Shown: piece after piece, positions 35,701-47,700 of the stretch
Position numbering within the stretch: the first letter of the stretch is position 1
Layout: every line of letters begins with the position of its first letter
Source: an uncultured Clostridia bacterium
GTDB lineage: Bacteria > Bacillota > Clostridia > Christensenellales > UBA1242
Direction: 5' to 3'
Length of the DNA: 64,000 nt
Assembly: GCA_945928645.1 (NCBI GenBank)
Contig: CAMENR010000003.1
Span: 40-64,039, forward strand
Translations under genes and position numbers: made by a program
Notes under the pieces: generated by a model
The model's input: the letters and a program-made list of their open reading frames with translations, nothing else
Told to the model about the DNA's origin: nothing
The model's database searches: none

Positions 35701-38700
35701 GTGAGTTCATTCCAGATGTTTTACCTTTTACAGAAAGAGTAGTTACAACTCCATCACTTGCAATGTTGCCCATGGTAAGAGTTACTCCACCGTTAACCAC
35801 AAACAAATTGCCAGACATCTCTTCCCCTGCAGAAATTGTGTATGCTCCGTTGGACACAATGACAACGTTTTTGGAGATTTGAATGGTGTTGTTTACTTGG
35901 CAATCTGCAGTAACAACGACCTTATACCTTCCGTCAAATGCTTTAACCTTGCCCGATGTAATATCATCGATAGCCTTTTCTAGAGTAGTGTAGTAAATAT
36001 TTACATTCTTACCATTAAATTGTGCTCCATTCTCCACATAGCAACAAGACTCCTTCCAAATAGCATACAAAATGAAGTCTTTTTTCATAGTAACTTCCAC
36101 AATGTCTTTTGGAAGATACTCTGGTTCTGTGCTTGTTTTGTCAAAACTGAACCCAACCAGCGAATATCCTGGTCTTGCAAACAGCACTTCTTCCCCGTCA
36201 TAGAATATTGACTCGGTTGCACTAGGGAGAGTGATGGTTTCTCCAACATATTTATTTATAATCACATTGTCGGTAGTGTCCTTCTTTGGAGCGTCCCAGT
36301 TACTCTCGATTTTAACATCTTTTTCTATTGCTTCAAATACCACATCAAAGACAATGTTTCTGCTGACAACAGTTGCCAGATTGGTGGTGGTCATATCAAA
36401 CACTTCACCTGCACCATAACTATTGCCATTAAAGGAAAAGTTTTTGAACCTAAATCCGTCAGGCCTATTAACAGCCCTAACAAGCCATGTCTTACCACCA
36501 AAGTCAAAGTAGTATTGTCCATTTGATTCCACAACATCAACTTCTTGCTCTCCGACCAAAATGCTTTGTGGATAGAAATAACTGTCTTCTTCATCAGAAA
36601 TTGCAGAGATTTTTCCATTGGTTGCTTCGTCAAACCTTACAAATGCAGTCTTGCGACTTGGTTCTACATAATACTTCTGCCCATTGTCTTCAAAGGAATA
36701 TAGCCCTGTCTTTTCGTCAAAGTTCAATCTATTAACAGCACTATCACTTCTTACAAAGGTTTTGCCATCATACACCACAGAGTCTATTAATGCCCCGTTA
36801 TAATTTACTTCGCTAAGCGAAACTATTTGCACTGCTTCCAATTTATTCACTTCGCTTAGAGATGGAAGAGTTATCTTGCCATATTCTCCATCAACTAAGT
36901 CAAAACTAATTCGAAGATTAGATGCAGGCACTCCGCCTATGGTGTAACCAGAAATGAGTCTGCCACCATACAATGTGTCATACTTATAACTAACTGTATA
37001 TTTTACAGGTTTCCAAACAGCATACAAATAAATGTTTCCTGCCAGGAATTTCGCATTTTCTACTCTAAACCAGTCTGATGTGGCTTCTTCACTGTCTCCA
37101 TTGGAATGTAAAGCAAACTTAAACATATCCGAATATTCGCCACCTGGATTTTGCATTTCTTGATAAATATCAAGCAAGCCATCTATTTCTAGCCTTGCAC
37201 TATTTATTTTGTCATAATATACCCAACCCACGAATTCATAATCGAATTTTGAAGGAGTCCTTGTAGCAATAAGGTCAGCCATTCCACTTTCGGCAACATT
37301 GGCATTATACTTAAACTTAAACTCACTCTCCCCAAAACTTTCTTGCGACAGATCGCATAGAGTAAGAGTATAATCTTGGAAATACAAGACTATATTTGTG
37401 CTAGGATATTCTTCTTTTGCAAACAAATAATTTATGCTATCGCAAGCGACGAAAACTTCTTCCAAAGAAGCCCATTTTTCACTTGAATACTCGACATAAG
37501 CCACCACTCTCTTCCCTAGTTGAGCTGTTATATCGTTGGTGTCTTTTTCAAAAGCAATCATTATCTGTTCGCCTGAGTTAGTGAAATATTCATAGTTTGA
37601 GCCAGATATCAGTCTTGCCTTTACTATTAGGTTGTTGAACGTTGATGGAGCTCCTTCTTCGTTGATATAATTTACGAAGAACATCTCACTGCTTCCAAAG
37701 TAATTTTCGCCCAAAATAGTAAATGAATTCCCATTGAAAATGGTTGAACCTTGATTACTGCTAGAAGTTGATGATTTTATGTTTTCTTTAGCACGAATAC
37801 CCTGAACAGTTGTTGAGCCTAAGTTGTATATAGTTGCATAGTCATCTGCAACATTCCCCTCAATGTCGCTGTTCTTCCATATACATTCGCCAGATGTTGC
37901 GACATATAGAGCCCCACCCACAACAGCAGTATTGCCTGCTTTTTTGCTGATAGCTGGGATATTGGCTGGCAAAACATCATCCATATTAAATTCTTGCCCG
38001 TTACTAAGATAATGATAACTATAATCATCACTACTTTCATTTGAAACAATATAGTAATATTTTTCATAGTTTTCTGTGGAAGAAGTTACTATATTGCCAT
38101 CCATATCTACATAGTTGCCAGACTGAGATTCTACTTGCAACAATATTGGGTTGCCAGTGCTTACACCAAATTGATCAACTTCATAGTAGTTAACCATTTT
38201 CCCATTGTCAGAGATTTTTACTGCGTAGCCAATGATAGTTTTTAGAACTCCACCTTCATATATCCACCTATATGCTGATGTAGAAACGTTGTCCAGTTCA
38301 CATTTTCCTTCTACATACAATGCTCCACCATATGTTGCATAGTTATCATATATTGCACTGTTTTCCAACTTAGCAAGCCCTGTGTTTACACATACACCAC
38401 CACCAAAACTCTCCCCTTGGTCATCGTTTGCAATATTGGAAGAAATGTATGCATAGCGAATAATGCTGGCACTGCTTGGAGAGCCGGCAATATATATACC
38501 TGCACCTTTGTTTGCACTGTTTTCACTTATGCTGACCCATTCCAATTCGTCTGCAGGGACAAAACTTATGTCGTTGTTTACATAAATTCTTGCAAGGTCA
38601 ATAACAGCAACCCCACCACCTATCTGTGAAGAGTTTTTGCTAAAAGTTGTTTTGCTTACCGTTACCAACACCTCATTACCGCTGATAAACAAACCACCAC

Positions 38701-41700
38701 CAGCCTCTTGAGCAATATTGCTTTCAAAATAACAAGATGCTAGGTTGTGCGCATTATCTTTGATATATCCGACCACAGCCACTGCGCCACCGTTTTGGGC
38801 AGTGTTGCCACTAATAAATTTGGAATAAACTGCATTAAGCAGACTATTGTCGCCCACAAACACAGCACCGCCATTGCCAGATTGTGCCATATTTGCAACA
38901 AATGAGCAATAGTTTAGTTTTAATTCACTTCTTTCTATATACAATGCCCCACCATTGCCTTGTGTTGCTCTGTTTTGATTAAATCCAACTGAAAGAGCCC
39001 CTGTTCCTGCAATTTTGTTGTTAACATCCATGCAATTTTGAAGTGCGATAGCACCACCAATTTTTGCTTGGTTGCTTGTCCATTCTAATCCTCTGTCAAC
39101 ACATACAATATTTATCTCTGCACCTGTTGCATAAACTGCACCACCATAGGCATTGCCAGAGCAATTTACCTCATTTTCTACAAAAGCCCCACCAGAAAGA
39201 TTAAACTCTCCACCTACTACTGCTATTGCACCACCAAAACCATTGACACCTGATACATAACAATTATCAAAGTTTGCATAGTTGATAGTTGTAGTGCTAT
39301 TTTCTGCATAGATAGCACCGCCATACAATTGTTCTACAGTTCTAGAAGTATTGAAGCAGTTTTCAAATGTAACATTGTCTAGTATTATTGTAGAATTTTT
39401 TGCAGAAATTACACTGCCATATCCACCAACTGTATTTACAATGGCTGTGAATAGAACATTGTTATTTATTTCCAATGTTCCACCTGCCACACTTAACAAC
39501 ACTTGCTTGTTTGTGGTATTGGTTGATTCCTCACCGATAGTTAGTTTGGTCAAATCTCCACCAGAGATAACCAACGTTCCCTTTATATCAAACAATGATT
39601 CGTTGAATGCTCTTGCACGAACCACTTTCATATCACTGTCAGAAAGCATTATTGTCAGTTTTTGTCCAGCAGGAATCTCTACCTTTGCACTCAAACTTTG
39701 CTGTCTTTCGTTGTTTTGAAGAACAACCACAGCACCATCTGCAGATGTGGCATGGCTTGCCGAATTTTTGGAAGTGCCTGCCATAGCATCTCTTATCGCC
39801 ATATCTATACTTGCATAATATTTGTGATATCCTGTGCTAAAAAAGTCCTTTATGTAAGCACACGCCTTTCCCCAGTTGACCAAAACCTCCACTACATCCT
39901 TGTTTAGAGGTATGCTGGTTGGTCTTGTATATGTGGTTGTGTTGTATTTATAACTAGACACAAGGTAATCATCACAATAGAGGTCATCAAAACTTGGTAA
40001 AGCAAAGTTTTCTCCATAATGATAATCTGTATCATTTAGTAGATAGGCAACATTGTCTTCCTTTACAAGTTTGAACTTGCTATCAGAGCCAATATATCTT
40101 GCATTTTCTTTGCCAAGATTTATCTTAACAGTAACAATATTTGTTTGCCAAATGGCATATACACTTACAGTTGCACCATCTCTTATATCTGCAATCTTTT
40201 CCAGGTCATATTCCTCGCCTTCCAGTATCACAAAGTTATAACCCAAGTCATATTCAATAACACCAGTTAGGCCACTGCCTACGCTTGGTCTTATTTGATA
40301 GCCAACATGAGTGTAATTTGCACGATTCCAACCTTCAATACTTTGTGGGAATTGCAATGCCTCACCATAAGCAACTTCCATTGTTACTGGGTCGCCATAA
40401 CTTTGAGTTCCAGTAATTTCTTTGCTGTAGAATGTGAACACAAATTTGTGTGGTCGCCATATTGCATAGAAGGTGATATTTTCGTTTGCAAGTTCAGTTA
40501 CTGTTATATCACTAGTTCCAGAATAACTTGGGCAATACAAATTGTCTGTTGACCCACTGTTTGCTACAAAATCAGCATAGTCCTTATATTGACTTGTCCA
40601 ACCAATAAATGTATACCCAACCTTTGTTGGTCCTAGGTCAGCGTTCGTTGTTTCTGACTTTGCAGATGGCAATGCGACCTGATAACTATCTCCATTTGAA
40701 ACAAGAGGTCTTGCTTCTATCTCCAAAGAGCCTTCGCCAGGGCCATATCTCCCACCGTTAAGCACAAAGTAGGCTTTTGCTTGCGACCAAATTGCATAGA
40801 CAACAAAAGTTCCCGCTTGATTTATTTCAAAATCATTTTGGCTATATATTATTGTTCCATTTTCATTTTCCCAACCACCAAAAGTTTCCGAACTAGTCGC
40901 AGTAACCAATAGCAAATCACTTGCCAAAATCTTTTGCCCATATCTAACCTTCACTGCAATCTTGCTATTATATTCTGTTTCGCCAAGTCCTACATTAGAC
41001 ACAAAGTTGTTGAAGTTGATATCTCTATTTACACTTCCACCTTTTGTATCAAACACCAACAACACTTCGTCGCCTTGCCATTCCACTTCAAAATGTCTAT
41101 CCAAACTATCTACTACAGCACTGTTGATTGCACTATAATTATCTCGTTCAAAGTTTGCAAAAACCTCTGCAGGAATGTTTATTTGCTTAAACTCTGTTGT
41201 CCAAGTGATAAGTTGAGTTCTATCTTCGTTTGTTGTCCAAGTCAAAGAGTTGTATTCTCCTTCTACAAAGGAATCCTTAACTTTTCCTCCACAGCCATCA
41301 ATCACCACCAAAACATCATTATAAACCGCATACAATACAAATTGAGAAGTAGATTGAATATCTTCAGCATTTGCTAGGACATAAGAAACCATATCCCCAC
41401 TATTTTCAATAGGGACCAAATTTATATCTCCACCTTTGCTCATTGACCAACCTGCAAGAGTCTTTCCGTCTTTCAAAATCTTGGTTGTGTCAATATTTTT
41501 TGTAGATATGTCAAGCCCTGCTTTGAGGCTAGAGTATAATGTATCAAAGGTTATGTTGAAAGTATAACTATCTGTTTCACTCTCTCTTGCATAGTTATAT
41601 TCAAAGTCTGATGTCTTATCCCCAAGATATTCTCCACCCAAAAGTTCGAGTTTTAGAGAGTAAGATTTTTCTTTCCATGTGCTAACAAATGTAATTTGTT

Positions 41701-44700
41701 CCTCATCAAAGTCTGCCGAAACAAAAAGGTTGTTAGTTTTAGAAATCTTCACGGAATAATCTTTTGATATTACTCTGGAATTATGGGCAAACCCATCAAA
41801 CTCATATATATATGTTCCGTCAAAATAACTTTGGAAAGCTGATTCCTCAAAGAAACTTCCAAATGTCACTTCGCTGTCGTATTTTACTGTTTTTTCGCCA
41901 GAAATTACACCAAAGGAGTCTGTAAATGCTAATTTAACGTCATTTTGAACCCACACTGGCCACAAATCAACCTTTCCGTCTTGTTCAAAAGTAAAATTAA
42001 ATACTCCTTGTGGAACTTTTACAATGATTGCTGGTTGATTGGTGTCTGGGTCTATTATTGCATTGCCACTTTCATCTTTTATTTCTTCATATTGGAACTC
42101 ATATACATTGCCACCCTCTCCTCTAACTTGGTTGGCGACAAGTTTTTCTGTGGACCAACCAATGTGAGTCCACCCGTCCAAAGAAAGTTGGTCTGCAAGC
42201 ATAGATGTTTCATAGCACCTCATTGTTTGCGAACCAAAATATCCAGAGATATTGCCAGAGGCATTTACAGTGTAACCATTGTCAGTGGAAGGCAATGCCT
42301 CCTTGCCACTTTGATAATTCACTACATAGTTATTGTTTTCCCATAGCAACGAAATCCAAATTTCAAAATGCCCACCAGAACTATCCTCTACATACAGGTT
42401 GTCAAAGTTTATACTCCCAACTTCAGTATCCCTAGATATAATATATCCTTCTGTGCTTAAATAAATGTAGTTTTCTGGTGTTGTCCCTGACTTGCCTGCA
42501 TAATTTATAAGCAAATAGTAATTGTAATGTTTGCCAGTAATTTCTAGTTTTGGATATTCTCTTAAAACAACACTATCTCCCAACTTATATCCTGACACGA
42601 CCAATCTACCAAGTTCATTTACCTTCATATTGGCAGAATCAAACCCTTCTAGATTGGTTGTATATCTTATGCTTTCGCCTTCACTAATCAAACTGCCCGT
42701 TGGGTCAACAACAATCTTAACTTCTCTACTCTGCCAAACGATAGACAACTCTATATCCTTAGAAGGCATACGGAATTGATTTTGTTTAAGGTTATATGTT
42801 CCCTTTTCGTTTTCTGCAAGCATTACATTTGTTTGATAATATATTGCTTTCATCACAGGATTTGTAGCGCCAATATCATCTTTGTGGATTAAACTGCTAA
42901 GAGATATTTCGCTTAGGTTGACATCAGAACCATATTCCACTCTAAACACGATTTCGCTGACATTTTCATAATTTTCGCCATTAAATTGTCCGCTGAAAGT
43001 TGTATCGTTAAACCTTACCTTAACTGCAAAGTCTGTTGGTTTCCAGACGCCATAGAATACATAGGTATTGCTATATCCAAAACTGGACATATCAAATATG
43101 CTGTTATTCTTATCAAAAGTCATTTCGCCTTCAGCATTATCCAAGACAAAATGGTCAAATCTATACCCCAAAAATTCTTCATCATCACTAAAAGTATAGA
43201 AGTATTTGGAAAGGTCAACCCTTTGTCCAAAGTTGACTATGTCAGAACTTTCTTTTTCGCCAATATTGTATTTATTTCTGCTCATATAGAAGTCAAAGGT
43301 AACTTCATCTCCCAACCAGTCGCAATACAGATATGCAACTTTTGCACTTCTGTCTACATTGAAAAATTCTCCCGTCAACGCAACAGACACTCCGTCATTG
43401 GCATATGAGAATAAGGCATTGCTAGATAAACTCTTGTAGCCATTTAGCGAATAGTGTTCTCTTTCAAAGTCAACATATCCCCCACCAACTTTGTATCTGT
43501 AGCCTTCGGCACCCTGTTCTTTTTCAAACAAAACATTGTTGCCATAAGTTACAAAAGCCACCGATTGATAACTGTCGTCTATGCCATTATACACTCGGAT
43601 TTCAATAACTTCATTGTAATTGGCAATGTATCTCAAAGGTTCTGCTGTTTGGCACATCTCTGTAGAACCTGCAGGCTTGATTTCTGTTCCCATCTTATAA
43701 TCTTTCAACTCATAACCTGGTCTAGAAATATAATTGCCATTAGGCAAAACAAATGATTTGCCTACATAGACATAGACTTTTAGCAAGTTTCCTACTTGCT
43801 CATACCTTTGAATATTTGTTGGGTTGGCATCAGTGTTTTCCACATACAAAGGTAGTTCTGTGCCATTTACACCATTGTTGTAAAACACTCCACCTTCACC
43901 AAGGTTAATAGTTATAGTTGCAACATTCAATTCCCAATGAGCATACAGGTTGATAACATATTCTCTCTTGCCAGATTTATTGACTTGTTCCACCACACCA
44001 TTTTGTTTGAGCATTTGTAAACTGGTCAACACTGCCTCTCCTGCAGGGGCAATCATCCAACCATTTATATAATAACCAGCAAGGTTATAAGGGTTGGCAG
44101 TTATTTCTACAGTTTCGCCATATTTTGGCACAACTGACAATGTTTGTGGAGTAGAACCGATTGCAGAGTTGTTGTTTTTGTGCAAAAGAACTTTTACTTC
44201 TGCTGGGGCAAAAACTGCACAAAGATTTGTTGCAATTTTTGGCACAACATATGCCCCTCCTACTGTGATTATTTCATAACTACCGTCATAGCCAGTATCT
44301 CCTACCGCTCCAGCAACCCAGCCTTTGAACTCGTAACCAAAAAGATAAGGCTCTCCATCTTTGTTCACTTCCGAAAGAGAAGATGTAGCGTTGTTAAAGA
44401 AATTACAAATTTGGTCATATGTCAAGTTTTGACCAGCGGTAACTTGCATACCTGTTATATTGCTTGCAAATTTTTCACCCAAGTGATTTCGCACTTCTAT
44501 TGTAAAATTGGTAGAATACCATGTTCCTAACAAAGTGATATCTTCGGCTATTTGCACCACAGTGTAAGGTTTGCCTAGAGGATTGGTCCAATTGTCAAAG
44601 GCAAAATTGCTTTCTATCAAGTTGAATGAATATTGTGAAAAGTCTACTATTTCTCCGCAATAGAATTGCATTTTTGGCTTCCAGTTGCTAGTTATAGAAG

Positions 44701-47700
44701 CATATTCTTCAGGGATAGTTATCTCTCCATCTGGACAACTTAGGCTCTTAATATTTACTCCTTGTGGCAATCTATCTGCGCTAAATGTTATAGTAGACTG
44801 CCATATTGCATAAAGTGTAACAGTGTTGGAAGATGTTAGATATCTTTGAACATCTTCTCTGCAAAGGCTAAACTTATCTCCCGTTGCCAAAAATTCTGTG
44901 GTCCTTTCTCCACTGCCAGAACTTTCTCCATATGTTCCCCACCATGTATCAAAATTCTCACTTGCTTCTTTCAATTCTGTTGGATCTTGTTCAAACCACC
45001 AACCAACAAAGGTTGCTCCCTCACGAGCAAATCTTCTGTAAGGAATTTCAAAATTGGAAGCATAATCTTGCATAGTATTTGCAGTCTTTGTTACATCTTG
45101 TGAAAGGGTAACAAAAGCATTTTCATCTCCAACAAAAGAGCCACCATTTAGGTCAAATCTAATAGAAAATATTTCTTGCCAAACAATTGAAAGCACATCT
45201 TGGTTAGCATTAAACTCATCTACTGTCCCAGAGTATGAATATGTGTATGTGTCATTGCTACTGTCGTAAGCAACATTTCCGGTAAGTGTTTTATATTGGG
45301 CAAATCTATACCCCTCTCTAACATATCCACTTGCCGACATAATCTCTATGCCTGCTTTTACTTCTGCATAAGTAACTGGGCGCACTAAAGTATTTTGAAC
45401 GCCATAATCAAACCCATAACTAGACAAAGATTCGCTTGCTTTAGAGTTATCCCATGTTCCACCTTCCAACTCTACCTGAAGGTTGTATGTTTTTACAGCC
45501 CACAGAGCATTGATTGTTATCTCTCCATTGTTCAAGTCTTCTTCATCAAATATTCCACCATTGGCATTGCTTAGCAACACGATGTTTTTGTCAAACTCTA
45601 TTGAATATGTTTTATCTCCGTAAGAATAAACAAAAGACTTCAAAACCCAATAGGTTTTTTCTCCATTTTCAACCTTAGACACTTCTGTTTGATTGTAGGC
45701 AGTTGCGTCAAATGTGAATGAATCGCCATAGGCAACCACCATATCGCTGTGGGTGTTAGAGCCCATATTATCTACATATTTTACTACTATCTCTGCCCCT
45801 ACCCAAATAGCATAATAGGTAATATCACCTTCAAGAATAATTATCCCACTAACATTATCTGTGCCAGCAGAGTTAGTTGACCAACGGCTAAATGTTTTGT
45901 GTGTGCACGAAAAACCATATTCATCGCCTGTTTTTAGTGTAAACAAGTTGTTGCCTACTTGACTGATTGCAATTTTCCCGTTGCTATCTGCCGAAGAATG
46001 TTCTGCACCAACATATTCATACACTGTATCGCTGTCCGATCCAATATTTTCATACACAGCAACAGTATATTTCCACACAGGTGTAAGTTTGTAAACAAAT
46101 TCATATTCTGCTTTGACACTATCAATTAGTATTTCGTTAAATGAAATAGAATAATTCTCTACCAACTGAGGAACTTCTACAACAAAAACTCCACTAACGT
46201 CAAAATATGCATAATTATCTTTGCTTCTAAGATAGTCTAGTTGATGTAATGCTTTTTGTGGCAATGATGTTATTTGCACCAATCTATCTGTTGAATTGTA
46301 AGCCAAAGTCTTTTGGAACACTCTTACATTGTTGTCATCATAGACTTCCAATCTTACATCTCTCAACTTCCAATCTGCCACTGCAGAAATTGTCTTGCCG
46401 ATATTATCCTTTGTAAATGCATAAGATGTATTTGCTTCGTTAGCGACCAAGGTTTGCACCTTGCTTTCTCCCCCATTGCCAGCAACTCTCCATCCATCAA
46501 ACTGATAAATTTTCTTATCAGAATACAGGCTGATTTCTTCTTTTGTTGGCAAGGTTACTGTTGCTCCGTAAGTCAACTCTCTTGTTGCTGGCACACTACC
46601 TGCAATGTTATAGTTTTCACCAGACTTACTTCCGCTGAAATTAATAACAAACCACATTGCAAACAAATCTACATTTTCCTGAGAGCCAAACAAATCTATA
46701 TAATTTTGTTTTTCTTCTTTTGCCTCTACCCTAAGTCCAGAGCCATCTGCCATTGTGTTGAAAGCATTAAATCTAACATCATCACTAAATCCAGCCACTC
46801 CAGACATGATTTGTGACAACTCACTTCCATTTATTACGATATCTCCAGCCCTATCTGAATAAATCTTTGTTGAAGATTCCAACATTTTTGTCGCTTCTGC
46901 ATAAAGGGTTACAGATTTTTGTTTTACCCATTTTGCAATCAAAGTGATATCTTTGGTTGCGACAAAATTTTGTTGGTCATAGTTGTAGGTAACAGAGTCG
47001 CTTGTCCAACCGTCAAACAAATATCCTTCTTTTACTTGTCCTAGTTGAAGAGAAACCTCTTCACCATGTTTTGCAACAAGAGAAATAGTATTTTCGTTGC
47101 CTTCAACATTGCCACCAGCAAGGGCAAAAGTAACATTGTATGTATAAACTTGCCATTTTGCACATAATCCGCCAAAGTTGGAGTTTATAATGATATTTTG
47201 CAAATCAGAATCTTGATACAATTCGCCATTTCTATTGGTCCAACCTACAAAGTCAAAACCTTCTTTTGTCTTTTCAATTTTATCCAAAAGAATACTTTGC
47301 CCATTAGAATAGAAATTGAAACTAATACTTGTAATTGCACCATTTTTTGTTGTATTGCAAAGCATTGCCATTGAAGAACCATATTCTATTTGGATAACTT
47401 CTTCTTCCCAACTATCACTTACCTCGTTATAGTCCAATCCAATAGGGACTTGCGTCATTTTACCTTGCCATACAGCAACCAGGGTAACAACTCCCGTTCC
47501 AAGAGAAATGTTCCCAGCAGAAATTTCTATTTGCTCTCCTTGTGATATAATTTCGCCTGCAAATCTAAATCCATTAAGATTGTAGTTTGCTCTATACAAT
47601 ACACTTTCTGTTGGAAGATTAAACTTTGTGCCTTCTATCAGATTGGTTATAACAATTTGTCTGGAATCAGAATCAAAATACACATCAATCCTGCTCTCAT

